The position numbers were made by a program, and so were the translations under genes. From Akkermansia sp. (lineage in GTDB: Bacteria; Verrucomicrobiota; Verrucomicrobiia; Verrucomicrobiales; Akkermansiaceae), in assembly GCA_017471985.1 (NCBI GenBank), contig JAFURE010000086.1:385-64384 (forward strand): a stretch of DNA of 64,000 bases, read 5' to 3'. The notes under the pieces were generated by a model. It was not told where the DNA came from. It made no database searches and saw only the letters and a list, made by a program, of their open reading frames with translations. The first letter of the stretch is position 1. The number at the start of each line of letters is the position of its first letter. This document shows positions 29,138 through 37,637 of the stretch, piece by piece.

Positions 29138-30985
29138 ATGAGTACTGAAAAAGATCCTACGTTTTATTCTCTCGCCAGACCCATGATTGGTCGCTACCTG
29201 CCGCCGTACAGATGGGCGGTTGTGGGGGGGATTGTTGCCGGTATCATTGCGGCTGCGGCCTCCGGGTTCGGCCTTCCTGTCATTGTTCAGAAGGTGTGCC
29301 CTGTGGTGTTTGGTGAAGTGCCGGCGCCCGAGTGGCTGGTGAACTGGATTTCCGGGTGGGTGTCGGTTGAGGATATTCATACCGCGACGTTGATAGGTGC
29401 GGCCGTTATCATTCCTATCATCATGATGTTGCGAGGTTTGGCGACCTATTTCAATTCCTATCTGTTGACCTATGCAGGGGTGGGTATGCTCAGAGGATTA
29501 CGCAATGATTTGTTTTCGCGCCTGCAGTGGTTGTCCTTTTCGTATCATGACCGCAAAAGCCGCGGAGAGTTGATGACCTGTGTCATTCAGTACACTCAGA
29601 ACCTGCAGCAACAACTCGTGCAAGTGCTCAATGATTTGGTGGTACAGCCGCTTACTCTGGTTGCTGCTGTTGCGTACCTTGTTTATGCGGCTCTGACCAA
29701 TAACCAGAGTGCCATTCTTCTGGGGAATCTCATTATTTCCTGTCTTTGTATTCCTGTAGTACGGTGGATTGGTAAGAGCGTGCTTAAAAAAATGCGTTCT
29801 GCTCTGATGGGAATGAGTGCAATTACGGCAAATGTTGAAGAATCTCTGGGAGCTCAGCGAGAAATTCGTTCGTTTAATCTCGAGAAACGTCAGGAGGAGA
29901 TATTGGGAAACTCTATCAGTTATTATAACAAACTGCTCGTAAGAATTGCGGCTTGGCAGTCTGCTATTTCACCAGCTATTGAGTTTGTAAGTGCCCTCGC
30001 TCTCGCGTATGCTCTGTACAGGGGGTGTGGAGATGGCTTATCGCTTGAGGACTTTACTGCAATTGCTACGGCGTTTTATTTCTGTTACGATCCTATTAAG
30101 CGCTTGGGTACTGTGTCAAATCAGTGTCAGGTCATGAGAGTGATTATATCACAGATTAATGGGGTATTATATGCTGTTGACGAAACTCCGGAGCCGTCTG
30201 AACCTGAGAAGCTCCCTGAGCCGGTCGCTGGTGCAATCGACTTTGAGCATGTAACATTTGCATATGATGGAGAGAATACTGTCCTGCAGGATATCAATGT
30301 GCATGTACCAGCCGGTGATGTCGTAGCGTTGGTAGGCCCCAGTGGATCGGGCAAGACAACATTCATAAACCTCATTTGTCGTTTTTATGATCCACAGGAG
30401 GGCTGTGTGAAAATTGATGGGATAGATGTCCGGAACCTGACTCGTGCAGAGCGAACGAAGAATATCGGATTGGTGTCTCAGTTTGCTGCTCTTTTCAGGG
30501 ATACGATTGCTGAGAATATACGTGTAGGGCGTCCTGGGGCAGATGATGCGGCTGTGCGTCGGGCCGGTGATATGGCCTGTGTGAGTGAGTTTGCTGATAT
30601 GAAGCCTGAAGGATATGAACTGATGCTTGCAGAAGGTGGCGGTGGGCTATCCGGTGGACAGCGTCAGCGAGTATCGATAGCGAGAGCTATTTTAAAGGAT
30701 GCCCCCATTCTCATATTGGATGAAGCTACATCGGCTCTGGATATGCGCAGTGAAGCTATCATTCAGAAAGCTTTGGATGAAATGGCGGAAAATCGTACAA
30801 CCTTTATCATTGCCCACCGATTCAGTACCATTCGCATGGCAAAGCGTATTCTTGTTTTTGAAGCCGGTCGAATAGTGGCCGATGGTACTCACGAACATCT
30901 GTATGAGAATTGCATGCTTTATAAATCGCTTTATGATGAGCAGGTTCGCAGTGAAGCTCAGGATAGTAAGGAAACTCAGATATGA
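29138..30985 (+). CDS. ABC exporter half-transporter (TMD-NBD), subunit 1
   Basis: Six-TM domain, then GPSGSGKTT (Walker A), LSGGQRQRVSIARA and ILILDEATSALD. Start at MSTEKDPTFY, because the upstream ATG and TTG lie inside the promoter. Confidence 0.85.
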   Translation: MSTEKDPTFYSLARPMIGRYLPPYRWAVVGGIVAGIIAAAASGFGLPVIVQKVCPVVFGEVPAPEWLVNWISGWVSVEDIHTATLIGAAVIIPIIMMLRGLATYFNSYLLTYAGVGMLRGLRNDLFSRLQWLSFSYHDRKSRGELMTCVIQYTQNLQQQLVQVLNDLVVQPLTLVAAVAYLVYAALTNNQSAILLGNLIISCLCIPVVRWIGKSVLKKMRSALMGMSAITANVEESLGAQREIRSFNLEKRQEEILGNSISYYNKLLVRIAAWQSAISPAIEFVSALALAYALYRGCGDGLSLEDFTAIATAFYFCYDPIKRLGTVSNQCQVMRVIISQINGVLYAVDETPEPSEPEKLPEPVAGAIDFEHVTFAYDGENTVLQDINVHVPAGDVVALVGPSGSGKTTFINLICRFYDPQEGCVKIDGIDVRNLTRAERTKNIGLVSQFAALFRDTIAENIRVGRPGADDAAVRRAGDMACVSEFADMKPEGYELMLAEGGGGLSGGQRQRVSIARAILKDAPILILDEATSALDMRSEAIIQKALDEMAENRTTFIIAHRFSTIRMAKRILVFEAGRIVADGTHEHLYENCMLYKSLYDEQVRSEAQDSKETQI

Positions 30986-32790
30986 TTAAACGCATCGTCA
31001 AATTTGTTAAACGCTTCTTGGTGCCACATCTGTTCTGGCTACTGATATCGATTGTAACCGGTATGGTGGCTGCTGCTGCCAGTGGGCTTGGCGTGCCATT
31101 TATGGTAAAGTTTGTTTTCCCGGTGGTGTTTCACCAGAGCGGGCAGCCGGAACCTCAGATATTGGAGTATATTCCGAGTCTGAAATCCATCCCGAGTTCG
31201 ACTCTTCTGTTGTTGGCCTGTGCATCCATGCCGTGTATATTTATGGTTCGAGGTCTGGCAATGTGGCTTAATTCGCTTGTTGTTAACATCTTGGGTCTTC
31301 GTATTCTCGAGGGGCTGCGTGTGACGGTTTTTCACCATGTACAGCAGTTGCCGCTTTCATTTCTGGAAGGTCGTAGAAAGGGAGATATCCTGAGCCGAAT
31401 TGTTGCCGATTCTCAAAATGTTCAAACCGTGCTTTCTCATATTTCCAATGACTTGGTTAAACAACCTATTACTTGTGTGTGTGCTCTGTTTGCTTTTATA
31501 TACCTGCTTTGGAGTGTGGGGAGGTGGGAAATATTTCTGGTGATGCTCTTTATTGCCCTTGCAGCGTGGCCGATTATCATTTTCGGAAAACGTATTTCCG
31601 AAAAAGCCAAGCGGGCGCAGGATAATCTGGGCGAGCTCAATTCTGTCGTGCAACAGAATCTGGAAACGCAGCGCGAGGTGCGTGCCTATGCACTCGAGGA
31701 ACGTCAGATTGCAGATTTCGACAGCGTTTCCGATGGTTATTGTCGCAACAGTGTTAAACTGGTGAAGTACCAGAGATCCATTATTCCCATCATGGAGACG
31801 GTAACGGCCTTTGCTCTTTCCTTCCTGCTGGTTTGCGGCAGTTTGTGCGGTATGTCGCTTTCCGATTTCATGGCTCTGGCCGCGGCGCTCTTCTTTACCT
31901 TTGACTCGATGAAGCGTGCCGGTATGGCTTACAACCGTCTCAATGAAGCACAGGGCGCCATGACCCGCCTAGCTGAGGTGCTGGATGAGCCGAACACGAT
32001 TGCCGACCCTGCCAATCCGGTGAAAATGCCGGAGCGAGTGAAGGGGGACATAACCTTCCGCAATGTGACATTTGCTTATGATACCGGCAAGGCTGTGCTT
32101 CGGAATGTGGACGTGCATATTCCTGCCGGACAGATTGTAGGGCTCGTTGGCCCGAGTGGGGCCGGCAAAACAACCTTTGCCAGTTTGTTGCCGCGCTTTT
32201 ATGAGGTGACTGAGGGGGCCGTGCTGGTCGATGGAGTGGATGTGCGGGATGTCACCCGCCACGACCTGAGAGAGCAGCTCTCTATCGTTGGTCAGCAGGC
32301 TCTGCTTTTTGCCGGAACGATTCGCGAGAATATATTGCTGGGGCGCAGAACTGCCACAGATGATGAAATAATGGCAGCTGCCGATGCTGCGCGGGTGAGT
32401 GCATTCCTGCCCGGCCAGCCTAACGGAATGAATACCGTGTTGGGGCAGGGGGGCGCCGGGCTTTCCGGCGGGCAACGTCAGCGCGTGGCTATTGCCCGTG
32501 CTTTCGTGAAGAATGCCCCTATCCTCATTCTCGATGAGGCCACCGCCTCTCTGGATGCTGAGAGTGAGCGCGAAATTCAGGAAGAACTTGATAAACTGGC
32601 AGAAGGGCGCACGACCCTGATTGTGGCTCATCGTTTCAGCACGCTGCGCAATGCTCACCGTATTTTGGTGTTTGACCATGGTGTGATTGTGGGGGATGGC
32701 CCTCATGAAGAACTCTATGCCAATTGTCCGCTCTACAAGGAATTGTACGACCGACAGGGTGCTGTAGCTACATCGGAAAATGAAGGCTGA
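30982..32790 (+). CDS. ABC exporter half-transporter (TMD-NBD), subunit 2
   Basis: GPSGAGKTT, LSGGQRQRVAIARA and ILILDEATASLD. 4-nt ATGA overlap with subunit 1. Confidence 0.9.
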   Translation: MIKRIVKFVKRFLVPHLFWLLISIVTGMVAAAASGLGVPFMVKFVFPVVFHQSGQPEPQILEYIPSLKSIPSSTLLLLACASMPCIFMVRGLAMWLNSLVVNILGLRILEGLRVTVFHHVQQLPLSFLEGRRKGDILSRIVADSQNVQTVLSHISNDLVKQPITCVCALFAFIYLLWSVGRWEIFLVMLFIALAAWPIIIFGKRISEKAKRAQDNLGELNSVVQQNLETQREVRAYALEERQIADFDSVSDGYCRNSVKLVKYQRSIIPIMETVTAFALSFLLVCGSLCGMSLSDFMALAAALFFTFDSMKRAGMAYNRLNEAQGAMTRLAEVLDEPNTIADPANPVKMPERVKGDITFRNVTFAYDTGKAVLRNVDVHIPAGQIVGLVGPSGAGKTTFASLLPRFYEVTEGAVLVDGVDVRDVTRHDLREQLSIVGQQALLFAGTIRENILLGRRTATDDEIMAAADAARVSAFLPGQPNGMNTVLGQGGAGLSGGQRQRVAIARAFVKNAPILILDEATASLDAESEREIQEELDKLAEGRTTLIVAHRFSTLRNAHRILVFDHGVIVGDGPHEELYANCPLYKELYDRQGAVATSENEG

Positions 32791-34726
32791 ATATACTATA
32801 CTCAGCAGGGCTGAGAATGAGCAGGCTGCGGCGCAGATGGCCTCTCGCTCTGCCGATATTTTGTTGGCCGAGAGTGAAAAGCCCCTCGAGGCTCACCTTC
32901 GCGCATGCAGGTTTAGGCATGTCAGGCGTCTGACGGGAGAGCGCGCTGCACCTCATTTTTCGGCAGCATTGAATGGCGAAAAAGTTGAGGTCTACATCCT
33001 CAGCGTATGCAATATGGCTGCAGCTGCGGCTCTCAACCCCGAGCAGTTCAGGCTCTGTGACTGCACGCAAGCTGCCAATGTGTATGTAGTACCTTGTGTG
33101 GTACAGCGGCTGAGTGCCGAACGAGCTCGCTGTGTTGCCATGCCGCCTGTATGTGTATGCAGGAATGGCGCCTGGGGCGGCTCGGCAGAAGCATTGCAGT
33201 ACCTGCCGGTAGCCTGTAGATTGGGAACCCCGGCCGAGATGCCCTGCAGTGCCTGGTTGCTTAAGCGATTTAATCTGGCTCGTGAGGTGGCAAATCATGG
33301 TATGCCCCTGTACCCTGTGGTGCAGGGGCTTGCCCATGCCGGTCATGTGGCAGCCGGGGTGGAAATTAAGGGCTCCGGTACAGAGAGTCCGCTCATGCTG
33401 ACAATTGCCGAGGGGCGTACAGATGGCCGCCTGCAGCTCTCGTATGCTGATTTCTATTCAGCGGATAATGCTGTCAATGAGTTGGTAATCGCTACACTGC
33501 CCAACGATGACGAACCGCCTTCGCTTGTGCGACTGATTGATGATGATGGAACGGAATATCCGGCTAATTGTGCCGAGTTGCTCATGTTCCCCTCACGCAT
33601 GGAGGTAGGTATGCGTTTTCGCTGGGCTCTGAGCTTGCTGTGCAATCATTACATCCCGCTGAAAGATGATGAGGCGCCGCGAGAAGGAGCCGACCTTTGT
33701 GCTGTTGTACGGAGCAGCCGTCGCTGCACTTTTTGCGGACTGCCGTTGTGCCACATTGTAGCCGAAGCCGGAGCTCAGACTGTCAATGTCTATGCCCCGG
33801 TATATGACATTTATTCGCCGCTGCCGGCGGAGGGTGAGAGATTCTGCGCCAGAGGGGGCATGTATGCCGTGCCCGATGAGTTTATACCGACTCCTGAGCC
33901 GGTGTCGCAATCCGAGCCTGAACCGGAGTTGTCGCCCGAGCCGCTCGCTGAGTTGCTGCCCGTGAGTGCGGCTCTGGCAGTGGCAGCCGGGGCTCTGTTG
34001 GGGCAGGGATATGAGTGGCATGCCCCCTACAAGCCACTCTTTCGTGCCGGAGTACCCGATTTCCGTATGAAAGGACCCGATGGCAAATTGCTGATGGTTC
34101 TGGTGGATACGGTGGTAAATGGTGTCGCTGATAAGTGCGGTTATGCCTGTCGCTATGCTCAGGGGGCATATCCCAACCACATCGTCGCGCTGGCTCCGGA
34201 TAAGCAGCCGTCCGATTTGCTTTTCCTGACGGTTGACCTCAAATTGCAGGGGGGCGGTTTTAGTGTAAGCGTGGCACAGCATGGTGCCGTGCGACCTGAA
34301 TTGAAGTTCAGCTCACATGCAGAGTATAAGCAGGTAGAGCCCCTGTCCGAGGTGGCTGCTGCTCGTAGCTTCGGTGAAATGCTGGTAACGCATGATTTTG
34401 CCGATTTTGTGCCGCTGTTACATGACGATGTGTGCTACGAATCCGACACCGCAGGAGTCAATCTGTTAAGCAAGTTTGACTTGTTGCGACACCTGAGAAC
34501 CTGCCTTGATTCCTGGCGCCGACGAGATGAGATGAAAAATCTCCGCTTCCTGCTTTCATCTGTTGAGTGGCAGGAAAATAGACGCCCCTGCACGGTGGCT
34601 TGTCAGAATGGGGAGGTTATTTCAGCCACCATATTTGACCTGCGCGACAATAGGGTGGCAGCCATTCATTCACTGAGTGGTGATGTGTTGGACTCGCTCA
34701 GTAAGATAGACACTCCCGAGGATTGA
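32780..34726 (+). CDS. hypothetical 648-aa protein, translationally coupled to the ABC pair
   Basis: Overlaps the ABC subunit 2 stop by 11 nt. Cys-rich N-terminal half, a PEPVSQSEPEPELSPEP linker, and one hydrophobic segment (LLPVSAALAVAAGALLG). I recognise no family. Confidence 0.6.
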   Translation: MKAEYTILSRAENEQAAAQMASRSADILLAESEKPLEAHLRACRFRHVRRLTGERAAPHFSAALNGEKVEVYILSVCNMAAAAALNPEQFRLCDCTQAANVYVVPCVVQRLSAERARCVAMPPVCVCRNGAWGGSAEALQYLPVACRLGTPAEMPCSAWLLKRFNLAREVANHGMPLYPVVQGLAHAGHVAAGVEIKGSGTESPLMLTIAEGRTDGRLQLSYADFYSADNAVNELVIATLPNDDEPPSLVRLIDDDGTEYPANCAELLMFPSRMEVGMRFRWALSLLCNHYIPLKDDEAPREGADLCAVVRSSRRCTFCGLPLCHIVAEAGAQTVNVYAPVYDIYSPLPAEGERFCARGGMYAVPDEFIPTPEPVSQSEPEPELSPEPLAELLPVSAALAVAAGALLGQGYEWHAPYKPLFRAGVPDFRMKGPDGKLLMVLVDTVVNGVADKCGYACRYAQGAYPNHIVALAPDKQPSDLLFLTVDLKLQGGGFSVSVAQHGAVRPELKFSSHAEYKQVEPLSEVAAARSFGEMLVTHDFADFVPLLHDDVCYESDTAGVNLLSKFDLLRHLRTCLDSWRRRDEMKNLRFLLSSVEWQENRRPCTVACQNGEVISATIFDLRDNRVAAIHSLSGDVLDSLSKIDTPED

Positions 34727-34733
34727 GGCTATT

Positions 34734-35705
34734 TCAGCGTAGGGGCGAAAGTATATCCTGCAATTCCTGTAGAGACCCCACCCTCGCCAAAGCCGGGCGC
34801 AGTGGCTTGCTGCCCGGTATACCCTTGGCGTAGGCCAGCAATCTGGCTCGCATGGCGCGCATGGTAACCGGTTCATCCCCGTAGTGAGCACTTTCTATGG
34901 CCATGCGCGTGTGGCGTAACATAAAGTCCAGCTTTTCTTCAGTGGTGGGCTCCGGGGGTATGCTGCCACTGAGTAAGTAACTCTTAGCTCTGCTGAAGAG
35001 CCACGGGGCATTCATAGCGGCGCGGCCTATCATGACCCCGGCAACCGCGGTCTGCTCTTTCACCCGTTGAACATCCTGTGGTGTGGTGATATCCCCATTT
35101 CCTACCACGGGTATCTGTACCAGCCGCGCACAATGGTCAATCATGTCCCAGTCTGCCTGACCACCGTATTGCTGGGCTCGCGTGCGGCCGTGTATGGTGA
35201 TGGATTGTACCCCTGCATCCTGCAGGCGCACAACGGCCTCCGGGGCGCAGATACTCCGGGAATCCCAGCCCAGGCGAATCTTAGTCGTTACCGGGCAGTC
35301 GTTGCCCAGCTCCTTTACAACCGCCGCCGCAATTTTCTGCAGCAGGGGAAGATCCTTTAGCAGGGAGGAGCCGCCGTTCTTGCCCACAACCTTCGGTACA
35401 GGACACCCGGCATTGATATCCAGAAAGTCAGGGTGCATGGCGTCCACTATAATTCGGGCTGCTGCGGCTGCATGTTCCGGTACTGAGCCGAATATCTGTA
35501 TGCCGAGGGGGCGGTGTTGCTGTTCAAACTCCACATATCGGCGATTGCGCTGCCAGGCCTGCAACACTCCTTCGGCCGAGACAAACTCGGTTTCCATAAC
35601 ATCTGCCCCGGCTTCTTTACAAAGCGTCCGAAAGATAGGGTCCGTTACACCGGCCATCGGTGCAAGGTACAAAGGAAACTGATTTTCAAACCATGGCAGA
35701 GACAT
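34734..35705 (-). CDS. dus: tRNA-dihydrouridine synthase
   Basis: LAPMAGVTDPIFR, LDINAGCP (catalytic Cys) and ITIHGRT. This is the DusB-like family. Confidence 0.85.
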   Translation of the reverse strand: MSLPWFENQFPLYLAPMAGVTDPIFRTLCKEAGADVMETEFVSAEGVLQAWQRNRRYVEFEQQHRPLGIQIFGSVPEHAAAAARIIVDAMHPDFLDINAGCPVPKVVGKNGGSSLLKDLPLLQKIAAAVVKELGNDCPVTTKIRLGWDSRSICAPEAVVRLQDAGVQSITIHGRTRAQQYGGQADWDMIDHCARLVQIPVVGNGDITTPQDVQRVKEQTAVAGVMIGRAAMNAPWLFSRAKSYLLSGSIPPEPTTEEKLDFMLRHTRMAIESAHYGDEPVTMRAMRARLLAYAKGIPGSKPLRPALARVGSLQELQDILSPLR

Positions 35706-35711
35706 GCGCGA

Positions 35712-35740
35712 ATGCTATCATAAGAAAGCACCTCGTGCAA
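35712..35740 (-). promoter_or_regulatory. dus promoter, leaderless geometry
   Basis: Minus strand: TTGCAC, 17 bp, TAGCAT (35717..35712), then 6 nt to ATG 35705. Confidence 0.55.
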
Positions 35741-35790
35741 GTGTGAATGGCCTTTTTTTTCATTTGTGAGATTTTTTTCAATAATTAAGC

Positions 35791-35819
35791 TTGCAAAAAA
35801 ATGACAATTGTGGTACTTT
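35791..35819 (+). promoter_or_regulatory. sigma70-type promoter of the OMP gene
   Basis: TTGCAA, 17 bp, TGgTACTTT. A 53-nt leader runs to ATG 35873. Confidence 0.45.
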
Positions 35820-35872
35820 CCTTCGGCCCGTAACGGGGCGTGTTCAATCAGGTTAAACGCTGACTAAAAATT

Positions 35873-36493
35873 ATGAAGACTGTATTTTCCATTCTGGCCC
35901 TGGCTCTTACCCCTGTGGTGATGGCCGGTAATACAACACCTGTTACAATTGTTGAGTCTACTGAGGCTCCGAGCAAATATGCCTGGGAGGTTGCCGCAGT
36001 GTACAACCATGCTCTCACCGACATCAACAAGAACTTCCCCTCCCCGTCTATCAATACCTATGGTCTTGATGTGACCGGTCTTTACAATGTGAAGGGAAAT
36101 CATTATGCCACCCTGCGTTTCTCCTACGCTTTCGGTGAGGAGTGTGGTTATGAGCTTAACAACTTTGCCATTATGCCCGGTTATCGCTATGTCTGCCCCG
36201 TAGCAGAGAAGTGGACTGCTTTTGCCGGTGCTAACCTCGGTCTGGGGATCTCCATGCTTGATTATCCCGGTATGCATGGCAGTGACTATGCCCTGAGCTC
36301 TTCCGACGATATGGCCAACATCGTGTACTCTGTTGAGGTCGGTGCCAGCTATGCCGTGACTCCCAAGCTGAACATTGTGGGTGCTCTCATGCTCAATGGC
36401 GGCATGTCTCCCTTCGGCGGCGCTGCATACACAGCCGCTTCCGAAGAGCAGGTCAGCGTCGGCGTGCGTCTGGGCGTGGGCGGTAAGTTCTGA
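35873..36493 (+). CDS. small outer-membrane beta-barrel protein
   Basis: Signal peptide MKTVFSILALALTPVVMAG, alternating amphipathic strands and a C-terminal GVGGKF with terminal Phe. Confidence 0.7.
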   Translation: MKTVFSILALALTPVVMAGNTTPVTIVESTEAPSKYAWEVAAVYNHALTDINKNFPSPSINTYGLDVTGLYNVKGNHYATLRFSYAFGEECGYELNNFAIMPGYRYVCPVAEKWTAFAGANLGLGISMLDYPGMHGSDYALSSSDDMANIVYSVEVGASYAVTPKLNIVGALMLNGGMSPFGGAAYTAASEEQVSVGVRLGVGGKF

Positions 36494-36519
36494 TTTTGTC
36501 ATCAGTCCTTCATTTTCAT

Positions 36520-36557
36520 ATCGGGTGTGGTGTGAACCACGCCCGATTTTTGTTTTC
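36520..36557 (+). terminator. Rho-independent terminator of the OMP gene
   Basis: ATCGGGTGTGG tgtgaa CCACGCCCGAT followed by TTTTTGTTTT. Confidence 0.85.
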
Positions 36558-36573
36558 ATGACTCCAAAAGGAG

Positions 36574-36602
36574 TTGCCAAAATCAGGCGGGGCATATACA
36601 AT
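36574..36602 (+). promoter_or_regulatory. sigma70-type promoter
   Basis: TTGCCA, 17 bp, TACAAT. A 20-nt leader runs to ATG 36623. Confidence 0.55.
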
Positions 36603-36622
36603 AGCGGGCAGAGAAAATCATT

Positions 36623-37621
36623 ATGTTGACCATTCGTCATTTTTTCATCGCTCTGTCAGCTCTTGGAATTGTTGCGTGCACCCAGACTCAGGATGGTGCT
36701 AGTGTGGTGCGACCGGCTAATGTGCCTGAGACTGTTGCGCAAGAATCTCCCTGTCCGCAATCTGTCAGTAAGCCACGACCTGTTCGAACGCCAAAGAAAA
36801 CAACCCCGGTTGTGCCGACCAAGTCACAGCGCCCATTTGTACCGCGTACTCCCGGTCATCGAGTGTCACAGGTTAATGTGCCGGGTAAGTATGTAGCCCT
36901 TACTTTTGATGACGGTCCCAGTTCTGCTAATACACCTCAGATTCTGGATATCCTGCAGCGTCATGGTGCCCGCGCTACCTTCTTCGTGTTGGGCGAAAAT
37001 GCCGCACGTAACAAGAGCCTGCTTGCTCGGGCGGTGGCAGAGGGGCACGAGATTGCCAATCATACATACAGCCATATCAAAATGACCGGAGTGAGTAAGC
37101 AGACCGTGGCTCGCGAAATTGAGCGTACCAACGAAATTATCAAATCCGCTACCGGTTTTTACCCCACCGCCATGCGCCCTCCATACGGCGCCATCAATTC
37201 CGGATTGGTGGATATGATGTACAATGATTATGGTATGCACGCCGTATTGTGGGATGTCGATACCCGCGACTGGCAGCACCCCGGGGTAAGTACGGTAGTG
37301 CAGCGAGCCGTGGGTAATGCTCAGTCCGGTTCCATCATTCTACTGCACGATATCCATGCCTCAACGGTAGCAGCGGTAGAGGAGATTGTAACCGGTTTAC
37401 AGGCACGTGGATTTAAACTGGTGACGGTGTCCCAGCTGATTGAAATGGGGCGTAGAGCTGCTGCTCCCGCTCCGGTAGTCACACCGCCGGCTCCTGCCAC
37501 CCCCGAACCTCCGGCAGCCGAAGATGAGCCGGTGCTTACACCCGGTGCGGGTGAGGCTGTCATTGGCACTATGCCGTCTGAGCAGTCTGAGAGCGTAGAC
37601 GGTGAACTGACAATTGACTGA
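36623..37621 (+). CDS. polysaccharide / peptidoglycan N-deacetylase (CE4) lipoprotein, motifs intact
   Basis: Lipobox LGIVAC. ALTFDDGP and HEIANHTYSH are NodB motifs. Pro/Ala-rich C-terminal tail. Confidence 0.85.
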   Translation: MLTIRHFFIALSALGIVACTQTQDGASVVRPANVPETVAQESPCPQSVSKPRPVRTPKKTTPVVPTKSQRPFVPRTPGHRVSQVNVPGKYVALTFDDGPSSANTPQILDILQRHGARATFFVLGENAARNKSLLARAVAEGHEIANHTYSHIKMTGVSKQTVAREIERTNEIIKSATGFYPTAMRPPYGAINSGLVDMMYNDYGMHAVLWDVDTRDWQHPGVSTVVQRAVGNAQSGSIILLHDIHASTVAAVEEIVTGLQARGFKLVTVSQLIEMGRRAAAPAPVVTPPAPATPEPPAAEDEPVLTPGAGEAVIGTMPSEQSESVDGELTID

Positions 37622-37637
37622 TTGTGACTTTCCTTAT

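Noticed and set aside
29009-29380. 124-codon N-terminal extension of the radical SAM ORF (the track gives 27875..29380)
   Set aside because: The extension is basic and low-complexity. It runs through the divergent promoter and into the ABC gene. The radical SAM fold begins right at ATG 29008, which lies just upstream of the CxxxCxxC motif.
29400-31600. Lower GC (about 33-47% in sampled lines) of the ABC transmembrane regions as evidence for horizontal transfer
   Set aside because: Other membrane proteins here, such as cstA, also dip to about 50%. The nucleotide-binding domains of the same genes are 50-70% GC. Amino-acid composition explains most of the effect.
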